Of a stretch of 64,000 nucleotides of DNA, positions 40,078 through 49,721 are shown one piece after another. The translations under genes were made by a program, and so were the position numbers. Every line of letters starts with the position of its first letter. The first letter of the stretch is position 1. The notes under the pieces were generated by a model, which saw only the letters and a program-made list of their open reading frames with translations, did not search any database and was not told where the DNA came from. This stretch comes from Clostridia bacterium. GTDB lineage: Bacteria; Bacillota; Clostridia; TANB77; CAG-508. The DNA lies in NCBI GenBank assembly GCA_045643205.1, contig JAZUKI010000010.1, forward strand, positions 32,001-96,000, given 5' to 3'.

Positions 40078-41514
40078 ATGAAAAACTTTAGAAAGACAAA
40101 AATTATTGGAACAATAGGACCAGCAAGTGATAACGAAGAAACATTAAGAAAACTTATGCAAGAAGGATTAAACTGTGCAAGAATTAACTTCTCACACGGT
40201 GGATATGAAGAAAACAAAGAAAAAATCAACTTAATCAAAAGATTAAGAGATGAATTAGGATTACCAATTGCATTAGCACTTGATACAAAAGGTCCAGAAA
40301 TTAGAACAGGAAAATTTGTCGATGGACAAAAACAAGAATTACATGAAGGAGATACTTTTACATTTGTAAAAGAAGAGATTGAAGGAGACAATACTAAAAC
40401 TACTATTAGTTATGGTGATCTTTATAAGAGTCTTAAACCTGGAAACACAATTTTAGTTGATGACGGAACAATTGAATGTGAAGTTATAGCTATTGAAGGA
40501 ACAAACATCGTTACAAAAATTTTAAACGGGGGAATGTTAGGACAAAGAAAAACAGTTAATGTTCCAGGAGTTGAAATTGATTTACCTGCATTATCTGAAA
40601 AAGATACTGCTGATATTAAAGCTGGAATTGAAGCTGGTTTCGATTATATATTTGCTTCATTTATCAGAAGACCAGATGATGTTCTACAAATAAGAAAATT
40701 ATTAGATGACAATGGTGGAGAAAAAGTTGAAATCATTTCTAAAATTGAAAGTATGGAAGGTGTTGCAAACTTTGATGATATCCTTAAACTTTCAAATGGT
40801 ATTATGGTTGCACGTGGTGACTTAGGTGTTGAAATTCCACTTGAACAAGTTCCAGTTGTTCAAAAACAAATGATTAGAAAATGTAATGATGCTGGAAAAC
40901 CAGTTATTATTGCAACTCAAATGTTAGAGTCAATGCAAGAAAATCCAAGACCAACAAGAGCAGAAGTTTCAGACGTTGCTAATGCTGTTTATGATTTAAC
41001 AAGCTGTATTATGCTTTCTGGAGAAGTTGCTCAAGGTAAATATCCAATCGAATGTGTTAAGGATATGGACAAAATTGCAAAATCTTGCGAAGGTTCATTA
41101 CATTATTGGTCAAGATTCTCAGCAAAAGATTATAGACATTCAAAAGGAAACTTCAAGGCTGTTGCAGCTTATGGTTCTTGTGTAATTGCTAAAGAGATTT
41201 CAGCAGATGGAATTTTATCATATACACATACAGGAGTTTCATTAAATTATATTTCTTCATTACGTCCAGGATGCCCAATTGTTGCTGTAACAGATGACAA
41301 GAAGACATTCTATAAAATGGGATTAGTTCAAAACGTATATCCTGTTTTCATTGAACCACAAGAATCAATTAATTCAACAATTGAAACTGGTATCAAACAA
41401 CTTGAAAAAGATGGAATCTTTGAAAAGGGTGATACAATAGTAATTTGTAGTGGAAGCAAGATTCTTCCAACAGAAAAAGAAAGCTACACTGTAGGTGGAG
41501 TTATAAAGATTTAA
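40078..41514 (+). CDS. pyk: Pyruvate kinase
   Basis: RKTKIIGTIGPAS, DTKGPEIR, MVARGDLG, ATQMLESM, PTRAEVSD. Confidence 0.97.
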   Translation: MKNFRKTKIIGTIGPASDNEETLRKLMQEGLNCARINFSHGGYEENKEKINLIKRLRDELGLPIALALDTKGPEIRTGKFVDGQKQELHEGDTFTFVKEEIEGDNTKTTISYGDLYKSLKPGNTILVDDGTIECEVIAIEGTNIVTKILNGGMLGQRKTVNVPGVEIDLPALSEKDTADIKAGIEAGFDYIFASFIRRPDDVLQIRKLLDDNGGEKVEIISKIESMEGVANFDDILKLSNGIMVARGDLGVEIPLEQVPVVQKQMIRKCNDAGKPVIIATQMLESMQENPRPTRAEVSDVANAVYDLTSCIMLSGEVAQGKYPIECVKDMDKIAKSCEGSLHYWSRFSAKDYRHSKGNFKAVAAYGSCVIAKEISADGILSYTHTGVSLNYISSLRPGCPIVAVTDDKKTFYKMGLVQNVYPVFIEPQESINSTIETGIKQLEKDGIFEKGDTIVICSGSKILPTEKESYTVGGVIKI

Positions 41515-41571
41515 TTGAGAGGTTAAATTGAGAAATTAATTTAAAGTTTTCTCAAATGAAAGGAATTAAAA

Positions 41572-42501
41572 ATGAGTAAATTATTAGTTTTTGGACATTT
41601 AAATCCTGACACAGATACAATTTGTTCAAGTATTGTAGCTGCAAATTTAATAAATAAATTAGATTTAGGATATGAAGCTGAACCAGTTAGATTGGGAAAA
41701 TTAAATAAAGAAACAGAATATGTTTTTAATTATTTAAATATTGAAGCTCAAAGAGAAATTTCTTCAGTTGGTGAAGATGATTTAGTATGGTTAGTAGATC
41801 ATAATGAAGCAGGACAAAGCGCTGAAGGAAGAGAAAAAGCAACAGTAGTAGGTGTTATTGATCATCATAGAGTAAAAGATTTCGAAACAATTACACCATT
41901 ATATTATATTGCTAAACCTTATGGATGCACATCTACAATTCTTTATGAATTATATAATAGAAACAATGTTGAAATAGATAAAGAAATGGCTACTTTAATG
42001 CTTAGTGCTATTATTTCAGATACACTATTATTAAAGTCACCAACATGTACACAAAAAGATGTTGAAGCATTCAAAGAATTAGAAAAAATTGCTGGAGTTG
42101 ATGCAGCTGTATACGGATTAGAAATGCTTAAAGCAGGTACAGATATTAGCACATTATCAGCAAAAGAAGTAATTGAATTAGATGCTAAATTATTTGAAGA
42201 AAAAGGAAAAAAATTAGTTGTAGCACAAGTAAATACAGCTGATATAGATGATGTTTTCTCTAGAAAAGATGAAATATCATTTGCAATTGAAAAAGAAATT
42301 GCAGATAAGGGATTAGATTTATATATGTTTGTTATAACAGACATTATTAATACAAATTCTAAAGTTATGGTTTTAGGAAACGACAAAGAAATAGTAGAAA
42401 AAGCATTTGATAAAAAACTTGACGAAGATGATTCTATGCTATTAGAAGGAGTAGTTTCAAGAAAGAAACAAATCGCACCTCCAATTTTAGCAAATTTATA
42501 A
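41572..42501 (+). CDS. ppaC: Manganese-dependent inorganic pyrophosphatase
   Basis: GHLNPDTD, LVDHN, IDHH, SDT, VVSRKKQ. Confidence 0.96.
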   Translation: MSKLLVFGHLNPDTDTICSSIVAANLINKLDLGYEAEPVRLGKLNKETEYVFNYLNIEAQREISSVGEDDLVWLVDHNEAGQSAEGREKATVVGVIDHHRVKDFETITPLYYIAKPYGCTSTILYELYNRNNVEIDKEMATLMLSAIISDTLLLKSPTCTQKDVEAFKELEKIAGVDAAVYGLEMLKAGTDISTLSAKEVIELDAKLFEEKGKKLVVAQVNTADIDDVFSRKDEISFAIEKEIADKGLDLYMFVITDIINTNSKVMVLGNDKEIVEKAFDKKLDEDDSMLLEGVVSRKKQIAPPILANL

Positions 42502-42526
42502 TATATACTTAATAAGCTTTAATAAG

Positions 42527-42586
42527 AAAGAGTTGCTTATGAAGTGAACCTTAGTTGGAACATTTCATAAATAGCAACTCTTTTTT
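42527..42586 (+). terminator. Terminator with an internal palindromic insert
   Basis: Stem aaagagttgct/agcaactcttt; loop tatgaagtgaacc-ttagtt-ggaacatttcata. Confidence 0.75.
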
Positions 42587-42681
42587 TAAATGTAATCTAT
42601 CTGTAATGGTATTATGTATGCAGTTTTGCTATAATTTTAAGTGTAAAATTGTGTTAAATTTTATGTACGAAAGGAAAAAAT

Positions 42682-43176
42682 ATGGCTGAAGAAAAGTTAA
42701 ATTGTGCAGATCAAAAATGCAAAGATGAAACATTAGAAATTTGTAAAAAATATGAAGCAGATAGAGGACATTTAATTGCTATATTAAATGATGCTCAAGA
42801 AAAATTTGGATACATCCCCAAAATGGCTCAAATGACAATTGCTGATTATCTAAATTTACCACTTGCTGAAGTGTACGGAGTAATTACATTTTACTCACGT
42901 TTTACAACAAAACCAAAGGGCAAATATAATATTTCAATTTGTCTTGGAACTGCATGTTTTGTTAAAGGTTCACAACAAATTCTTGATAGAGCAAAAGCAA
43001 GACTAGGTGTTGAAGAAGGTGAAATGACACCTGATGGAAAGTTCTCAATTGACACTGTAAGATGTGTTGGTGCCTGCGGATTAGCTCCTGTATTCATTAT
43101 AAATGGCGAAGTATATGGCAGGGCAACTGTTAAAATGTTCGATGAAGTTTTAGATGAATATATGAATAAAGATTAA
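42682..43176 (+). CDS. hydC: Electron-bifurcating hydrogenase NuoE-like [2Fe-2S] subunit
   Basis: YGVITFYS.F, CLGTAC, CVGAC. Confidence 0.9.
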   Translation: MAEEKLNCADQKCKDETLEICKKYEADRGHLIAILNDAQEKFGYIPKMAQMTIADYLNLPLAEVYGVITFYSRFTTKPKGKYNISICLGTACFVKGSQQILDRAKARLGVEEGEMTPDGKFSIDTVRCVGACGLAPVFIINGEVYGRATVKMFDEVLDEYMNKD

Positions 43177-43190
43177 TTGGAGGGAAACAA

Positions 43191-45050
43191 ATGACAATAG
43201 AAGAATTAGAATCTATTAGAAATAGCAAAAGACAAGAACTTGATTTAAGAGTTAATTCAAACGCTCCAGGAGTTGAAAAACATATTTTAGTATGTCATGG
43301 AACTGGATGTACATCATCTAAGTCACCAAAAATTCTTGAAGAGTTTAATAGAATAATTAAAGAAAAAAATATTGAAAATGTAAGAGTTATTATGACAGGA
43401 TGTTTTGGACTTTGTTCTAAAGGTCCAATTGTAATCGTTAGACCAGATGATACATTTTATTCACAAGTAACTCCAGCTGATTGCGAAGAAATTATTGAAA
43501 AACATATTTGCAATGGAGAAATTGTTGATAGATTACTTTGTGAAGATGTTGATGGAACTTTAGTACATAAACTAGATGAATTAAATTTCTATAAAAAACA
43601 AAAAAGAATTGCACTTCAAAATTGTGGTGTAATTAATCCAGAAGATATTGATGAATATATTGCATTTGATGGATATAAAGCATTAGCAAAAGTTTTAACA
43701 GAAATGTCTCAAGATGAAGTTATAAATGTTGTTTCAAATTCTGGATTAAGAGGAAGAGGTGGAGCAGGTTTCCCTACTGGCAAAAAATGGGAATTTGTTA
43801 AAGCCGAAGAAGGCGATATAAAATATGTAGTATGTAATGCAGATGAAGGTGATCCTGGTGCATTTATGGATAGATCAATTCTTGAAGGCGATCCACATGG
43901 AGTTCTTGAAGCTATGACAATTGCAGGATATGCAGTTGGAGCAATAAAAGGTTTCATCTATGTTAGAGCTGAATATCCAATCGCAGTTAATAGATTAAAA
44001 ATTGCAATTGAGCAAGCTAAAAAATATGGTTTACTAGGTGAAAATATTTTTGGAACAGGCTTTAATTTTGATATTGAAATCAGACTTGGAGCAGGAGCTT
44101 TTGTTTGTGGGGAAGAAACAGCATTACTTGAATCAATTGAAGGTAAGAGAGGACAACCAAGATTAAAACCACCATTCCCAGCACATTCTGGATTATGGGG
44201 AAAACCAACATTAATTAACAATGTTGAAACTTGGGCAAACATTACTAAAATAATTTTAAATGGTGCTGATTGGTATGCTTCAATTGGAACAGAAGGATCA
44301 AAAGGAACTAAAGTTTTTGCATTAGGTGGAAACGTAAATAATGTAGGACTTGTTGAAGTTCCAATGGGAACAACTTTAAGAGAAATTATTTTTGATATCG
44401 GTGGAGGAATTCCAAATGGCAGAACATTTAAAGCTGCTCAAACAGGAGGACCTTCAGGTGGATGTATTCCAGAACAACATCTTGATACACCAATAGATTA
44501 TGATAGTTTAAAAGAAATCGGATCTATGATGGGTTCAGGTGGATTAATAGTTATGGATGATAGCAAATGTATGGTTAACCTAGCTAGATTCTATTTAGAA
44601 TTCACAGTTAGTGAAAGCTGCGGAAAATGTAATCCTTGTAGAATTGGAACAAAGAGATTGCTTGAATTATTAACTAAAATTTGTAATGGACAAGGAAAAG
44701 AAGGAGATATTGAAGACTTAGAAGAACTTGCAAACAACGTTGCAAATGCTTCAGTTTGTGGATTAGGTCAAACAGCTCCAAATCCTGTTTTAGCCACATT
44801 AAAATATTTTAGAGAAGAATATGAAGAACATATTAAAGAAAAGAAATGTAGAGCTAAAGAATGTAAAAAGCTTACAAGAATTATTATCAATAAAGATATT
44901 TGTAAAGCATGTGATTTATGTAAGAAAGCTTGTCCAGTAAATGCTATTATTGGCGAACCTGGACAAAAACATGAAATAGATCAATCAAAATGTATTAAAT
45001 GTAGAACTTGTATGGCAAGTTGTCCATTCAAAGCAATTTATGATGAATAA
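43191..45050 (+). CDS. hydB: Electron-bifurcating hydrogenase NuoF-like flavin subunit
   Basis: GRGGAGFP, NADEGDPG, GAGAFVCGEETAL, ESCGKC.PCR, C-terminal 2x[4Fe-4S]. Confidence 0.92.
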   Translation: MTIEELESIRNSKRQELDLRVNSNAPGVEKHILVCHGTGCTSSKSPKILEEFNRIIKEKNIENVRVIMTGCFGLCSKGPIVIVRPDDTFYSQVTPADCEEIIEKHICNGEIVDRLLCEDVDGTLVHKLDELNFYKKQKRIALQNCGVINPEDIDEYIAFDGYKALAKVLTEMSQDEVINVVSNSGLRGRGGAGFPTGKKWEFVKAEEGDIKYVVCNADEGDPGAFMDRSILEGDPHGVLEAMTIAGYAVGAIKGFIYVRAEYPIAVNRLKIAIEQAKKYGLLGENIFGTGFNFDIEIRLGAGAFVCGEETALLESIEGKRGQPRLKPPFPAHSGLWGKPTLINNVETWANITKIILNGADWYASIGTEGSKGTKVFALGGNVNNVGLVEVPMGTTLREIIFDIGGGIPNGRTFKAAQTGGPSGGCIPEQHLDTPIDYDSLKEIGSMMGSGGLIVMDDSKCMVNLARFYLEFTVSESCGKCNPCRIGTKRLLELLTKICNGQGKEGDIEDLEELANNVANASVCGLGQTAPNPVLATLKYFREEYEEHIKEKKCRAKECKKLTRIIINKDICKACDLCKKACPVNAIIGEPGQKHEIDQSKCIKCRTCMASCPFKAIYDE

Positions 45051-45163
45051 ATTTTAATAATAATACATTAAAATTTAATTGAATAAAATTAAATTAAATC
45101 AAATAAAAAATAATAAATTAAATGATAATAAAACTCAAATGAATATTTTATGAGAGGAAAACT

Positions 45164-46930
45164 ATGGAAGAAGAAAAAATGATTAATTTAACAATTGATG
45201 GAGTTAGCGTTCAAGTTAAAGAAGGAGCAACAATTTTAGAAGCAGCAAGATCAGCAAACATTGACATTCCAACATTATGTTTCTTAAAAGAAGTTAATGA
45301 AATTGGAGCATGCAGAATGTGTGTTGTTGAAGTTGATGGAAGAAGAGGCCTTACAACTTCATGTGTAACAAAAGCTGAAGAAGGAATGATTGTTCATACA
45401 AACACTGATAAAGTTGTTTCTGCAAGAAGAACAGTTTTAAACTTATTACTTTCTAATCATGATCATGATTGCTTAACTTGCGTTAGATCTGGACATTGTG
45501 AATTACAAAATTTAGCTAACAGATATCATATAGATAAAATTAAATATGAAGGTGCTCGTTCAAAAGTTGGTGTTGATGACAAATCACCATCACTTGTAAG
45601 AGATTATGAAAAATGTATTCTTTGTGGAAGATGCGTTGCAACTTGTACAAAGATTCAAAACATAGGAGCAATAAATAATACTGGACGTGGCTTTGATTCA
45701 TATATAGGAACAGCTGAAGATTTAAGTATTGATGATGTTGATTGTACATTCTGTGGACAATGTATTGAGGCTTGTCCAACAGGTGCACTTCGCGAAAAAG
45801 ATGATACAAAAAAAGTTTGGGATGCTTTAAATGATCCAGATAAATATGTTGTTGTTCAAACAGCACCAGCAGTTAGAGTTGCAATTGGCGAAGAATTTGG
45901 AATGCCAATTGGAACAAATGCAAAAGGAAAAATGGTAACAGCATTAAAGAGATTGGGATTTGATAAAGTGTTTGATACAAATACAGCAGCAGATGTAACT
46001 ATTCTTGAAGAAGCAACAGAATTTATTGAAAGAGCAACAAATAGTGGAGTACTTCCAATGATTACATCTTGTTCTCCAGGATGGATTAGATTTGCAGAGA
46101 AAAATTTCCCGGATCAATTAGATCATTTATCAAGTTGTAAATCACCACAAATGATGTTTGGAGCACTTATAAAATCATTCTATGCTAAATTCTTTAAGAT
46201 AGATCCAAGCAAGATTTATACTGTTTCAGTAATGCCTTGTATTGCTAAGAAATTTGAATGTCAAAGAGAAGAAATGCAAGTTGATGGATTAAGAGATGTT
46301 GACGCAGTTATTACAACAAGAGAACTTGCAAGAATGATTAGACAAAGAGATTTAGATTTTGCAAATCTTGAAGATTCAGTATTTGATGATCCAATGGGAG
46401 AAGCTAGTGGTGCTGGAGCAATATTTGGTACAACAGGTGGAGTTATGGAAGCAGCATTAAGAACAGCAGCCGATTGGATTGAAGAAAAAGACCTAGATAA
46501 ATTTGAATATCAAGAAGTTAGAGGCGAAAAAGGAATCAAGGAAGCAAGTGTTACACTTGGTGGAAAAGAATACAAAATCTGTGTTGCATCAGGCTTGGGA
46601 AATGCTAGAAAACTTCTAAATGATATTAGAGATGGTAAATCACCATATCACTTTATTGAAATTATGGCTTGCCCAGGTGGATGTGTAATGGGTGGTGGAC
46701 AACCTATCAAAGATAGCAAAACAAGAGCAACAGTTGATATTAGAGGATTAAGAGCAAATGCTTTATATGATATAGATGAGAAGAGCACAATTAGAAAATC
46801 TCATTTAAATCCAAATGTTAAAGCTATATATGATGAGTATTTAGGAAAGCCAGGTGGAGAACTTTCACACAAATACTTACATACTCATTATCAAAAAGAA
46901 GAAAAATACAATATATCTTTTGATGACTAA
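45164..46930 (+). CDS. hydA: [FeFe]-hydrogenase catalytic subunit (trimeric, group A3-like)
   Basis: H-cluster motifs TSCSPGW, MPCIAKK.E, EIMACPGGC..GGGQP; N-terminal Fe-S domains. Confidence 0.95.
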   Translation: MEEEKMINLTIDGVSVQVKEGATILEAARSANIDIPTLCFLKEVNEIGACRMCVVEVDGRRGLTTSCVTKAEEGMIVHTNTDKVVSARRTVLNLLLSNHDHDCLTCVRSGHCELQNLANRYHIDKIKYEGARSKVGVDDKSPSLVRDYEKCILCGRCVATCTKIQNIGAINNTGRGFDSYIGTAEDLSIDDVDCTFCGQCIEACPTGALREKDDTKKVWDALNDPDKYVVVQTAPAVRVAIGEEFGMPIGTNAKGKMVTALKRLGFDKVFDTNTAADVTILEEATEFIERATNSGVLPMITSCSPGWIRFAEKNFPDQLDHLSSCKSPQMMFGALIKSFYAKFFKIDPSKIYTVSVMPCIAKKFECQREEMQVDGLRDVDAVITTRELARMIRQRDLDFANLEDSVFDDPMGEASGAGAIFGTTGGVMEAALRTAADWIEEKDLDKFEYQEVRGEKGIKEASVTLGGKEYKICVASGLGNARKLLNDIRDGKSPYHFIEIMACPGGCVMGGGQPIKDSKTRATVDIRGLRANALYDIDEKSTIRKSHLNPNVKAIYDEYLGKPGGELSHKYLHTHYQKEEKYNISFDD

Positions 46931-46975
46931 TATAAAATAAGATTAATTGGATGACTAATATTAAATAAGGTTAAT
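46922..46975. repeat. 26-bp direct repeat including the hydA stop codon
   Basis: gatgactaatataaaataagattaat (46922-46947) vs gatgactaatattaaataaggttaat (46950-46975), 24/26 identical. Confidence 0.8.
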
Positions 46976-47051
46976 CTGTAATGTAAAATATGAATTTGCT
47001 AAAAATTTATTTAATACTTTACAAATTAATCTATAAATAGAGGACTAATTT

Positions 47052-47462
47052 ATGGAATATGAATTTGAAGTAATCGGAAAGATTGTAGGCAAAGAACGTC
47101 CAAGAATTAATCTTTATTCTGGGATGGTTTACACACCAACAAAGACTAAAGATTATGAAACACTTGTACAACAATATTTTAAAATGAAATATCCTAATTT
47201 TACTGAATTAACAGGAAGAGTAGGTATTGATATTGTTGCATACTTAAGCATACCTAAAACAACGCCAAAGAAGAATATACCAGATATGTTAGAAAACAAA
47301 GTTAGCCCTACAAAGAAACCTGATATTGATAATATAGCAAAATCTATATTGGACAGTATGAATAAATTTATAATTCATGATGATAATCAAGTTAGCAAAA
47401 TATCTGTTGAAAAACGATATGGAGAAGAAGAAAAGGTTTGCATTAGAATTTATGAATATTAA
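47052..47462 (+). CDS. rusA: RusA-family Holliday junction resolvase
   Basis: GK.RPR, YTP.KT..YE, KKPDIDNIAKSILD, DDNQV. Confidence 0.9.
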   Translation: MEYEFEVIGKIVGKERPRINLYSGMVYTPTKTKDYETLVQQYFKMKYPNFTELTGRVGIDIVAYLSIPKTTPKKNIPDMLENKVSPTKKPDIDNIAKSILDSMNKFIIHDDNQVSKISVEKRYGEEEKVCIRIYEY

Positions 47463-47539
47463 ATAGAAACATTTATATCAAAGCATTAAACGCTAAAAAT
47501 ATTTATATTTAAGAAATAAATGTTAATAGAAAGGAAAAA

Positions 47540-48298
47540 ATGAAGAAACTTTTTAAAATTTTACTTATCCTTATAATATTAATAATCTTAGTAATTGGAG
47601 TAGGAGTAGGTATTTTTGCAATAAATGGGTATCAAGACTATAAAAGTGTTATAGATAAAATACCACTTAGTTCAAAAGTATATGACCTTCAAAGCAAAAC
47701 ATCATATGTAAAATATGGAGATATAAGCAAAGACTATTTTAATGCAGTAGTTGCTGTTGAAGATGAAAGATATTGGAATCATGGAGCAATAGACTTTAAA
47801 AGTATAGCAAGAGCAATATTATCAAATATAAATAAAGGTAAATATACAGAAGGCGCAAGTACAATTACAATGCAAGTAGCTAAAAATTATTACTTTATGG
47901 AAGATGGTGGACTAACTGCTCATGAAAGAAAAGGAGCAGAAATATTTATAGCTTTTGATTTGCAAAATAGTTATTCTAAAGAAGAAATTCTTGAAATGTA
48001 TGCAAATATGATTTACTTTGGAGCAGGATATACAGGAATAAAAGATGCTGCACAAGGATATTTTAAGAAAGATCCTAAAGATTTAAATCTTGCCGAAAGT
48101 ATAATGCTAGCGGGTGTTCCTAATGCACCTAGTTTATATTCACCAAAAGTAAATAAAGACCTTTGCAAGTCAAGAATGGGAAAAGTTATTAGATCAATGG
48201 TAAGCAACAAATATATAACTCAAGAAGAAGCGGATCAAATAGATATGTCTTTTATAGATGAAATATATGAAAAGAGCAATTTGAAGCAAGAAAACTAA
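47540..48298 (+). CDS. Monofunctional peptidoglycan glycosyltransferase (GT51)
   Basis: N-terminal TM, VEDERY..H, GASTITMQVAKN, RK..E, KEEILE.Y.N; no transpeptidase domain. Confidence 0.9.
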   Translation: MKKLFKILLILIILIILVIGVGVGIFAINGYQDYKSVIDKIPLSSKVYDLQSKTSYVKYGDISKDYFNAVVAVEDERYWNHGAIDFKSIARAILSNINKGKYTEGASTITMQVAKNYYFMEDGGLTAHERKGAEIFIAFDLQNSYSKEEILEMYANMIYFGAGYTGIKDAAQGYFKKDPKDLNLAESIMLAGVPNAPSLYSPKVNKDLCKSRMGKVIRSMVSNKYITQEEADQIDMSFIDEIYEKSNLKQEN

Positions 48299-48382
48299 AA
48301 TAAAAAATGACTTAGAAGAAACAATAATTAATATAGAAAAATATTAATGAAAGAGGAAAATCAAGAATAACAAACGTTATTC

Positions 48383-48411
48383 TTGATAAAATCCTTAAAT
48401 TTTGATATCAT
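48383..48411 (+). promoter_or_regulatory. Sigma-A promoter of the CCG-anticodon tRNA
   Basis: TTGATA-17 nt-TATCAT with TGn extension; the -35 overlaps the inverted repeat tcaagaataac/gttattcttga (48361-48386). Confidence 0.65.
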
Positions 48412-48423
48412 AAACAAAGTGAT

Positions 48424-48497
48424 GTGGGTGTAGTTCAACGGCTAGAACGTAAGGCTCCGAACCTATAATCCGGGTTCGATTCCCGGTACCCACTCCA
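48424..48497 (+). tRNA. tRNA with anticodon CCG (nominally tRNA-Arg) on an atypical, tRNA-Gly-like body
   Basis: GTGGGTG TA GTTC AACGGCTA GAAC G TAAGG CTCCGAA CCTA TAAT CCGGG TTCGATT CCCGG TACCCAC T CCA; acceptor, D and T stems pair, anticodon stem imperfect. Confidence 0.88.
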
Positions 48498-48504
48498 ATA
48501 TTAT

Positions 48505-48539
48505 AAAAAATAAGTCAAGTTAATCGACTTATTTTTTTT
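48505..48539 (+). terminator. Terminator of the CCG tRNA
   Basis: aaaaaataagtc-aagttaatc-gacttatttttt. Confidence 0.8.
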
Positions 48540-48803
48540 GCTCACCCCCTGAAGAGAGCAAAATTTAGCCCTAAATAAATGAAAAAAGTTTACATAACGC
48601 CAAATTAACAAAATTTTAATACTTTCTTGAAACACTTATAAAACCTAGAAAAGTACAAAAAATAATGGCAAAAAGTGGAAAAAAGACACAAAAAAGCGAT
48701 ACATTTTTTGCATTTTTTATAAAATCATGGTATAATTAACGATGTTGGCAAAATAAATAGTGACAATTCAGTGACAAGAAAGGAATTTAAGAGAATTTAA
48801 TAT

Positions 48804-49610
48804 ATGTTAAACGATAGTAAGGACGGTACAAATATTAAGCTTTTAGCTACTATTGGTGTTATGGCTTTTATTTCAATAATAGCTTTTACTTGTATCTATT
48901 CATTAACTACTACTTCAAAACAAGCAAAACTAGCGGAGGTTAATGAAGAAACGTCAAATTCAAGCAGCGAGGTTCTTTCTGAAAACAATATAACAGTTTC
49001 AGAAAGAGAGGCAAACATTACATCAAGATCAAGTTTTGAAGGAAGAATGAATGAAGCTACTTCAAATACTGAGACAATAGCTGAAGATGATTCAGCAATT
49101 GCTAAGTCATTAGCAGACACAATTGAAAAAGGTATTGATGATTTAAAATACATTTCAATTGATGAGGTTAAGATTTCATCAGATATGGATATTACACAAT
49201 TTTGTGGATTATCTAAAGATGATTTCATTAAGCTTATTTCAGATTGTAAAGCAGATACAACAGGATGGTTTGAAAACCATGCAGGAAAAATATATGATTT
49301 ATGTCATAAATATCAATTAAACGAAATCTTTTTCTGTGGATTAATTTCAGCAGAATCAGGTTGGAACATAGCTTCAAACCATAGATCTACAAATAACTTT
49401 ATTAGTTTAATGTCAAATGGTAGATTAATAAGATATAGCTCAGAAGATGAAGGACTAGAAGTTGCAGCAAAAACATTACATAAAAACTACTTATCAAAAG
49501 GTGGATCATTTTATTATGGTAAAACATTATCTGCAATGAATACTAAGTTCTGTGGATCAGCTTCATGGGTTGGTTTAGTTTATGGTCGAATGAAACAAAT
49601 AGTTAAATAA
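48804..49610 (+). CDS. Membrane-anchored glucosaminidase-domain (GH73-like) protein
   Basis: N-terminal TM, S/T/E linker with TSRS, ISAESGW, NN motif, L...YL, final W. Confidence 0.75.
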   Translation: MLNDSKDGTNIKLLATIGVMAFISIIAFTCIYSLTTTSKQAKLAEVNEETSNSSSEVLSENNITVSEREANITSRSSFEGRMNEATSNTETIAEDDSAIAKSLADTIEKGIDDLKYISIDEVKISSDMDITQFCGLSKDDFIKLISDCKADTTGWFENHAGKIYDLCHKYQLNEIFFCGLISAESGWNIASNHRSTNNFISLMSNGRLIRYSSEDEGLEVAAKTLHKNYLSKGGSFYYGKTLSAMNTKFCGSASWVGLVYGRMKQIVK

Positions 49611-49614
49611 AATT

Positions 49615-49655
49615 TAAGTGCTTAAACTCTAAAACTAGAGAATAAGCACTTTTTT
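49615..49655 (+). terminator. Intrinsic terminator
   Basis: taagtgctta ... taagcactt followed by T-run. Confidence 0.6.
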
Positions 49656-49721
49656 ATTGCCTAAATTGTTAAAATATGGTATAATTATTGTATGTTTGTG
49701 TAAATAAAAAAAGGAGAAAAT

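Noticed and set aside
42590-42681. Rex operator upstream of the hydrogenase operon
   Set aside because: No convincing TTGTTAA-N4-TTAACAA match
48541-48803. Riboswitch (e.g. c-di-AMP) upstream of the glucosaminidase gene
   Set aside because: No recognisable aptamer consensus; only a small hairpin and a TGnTATAAT promoter-like element
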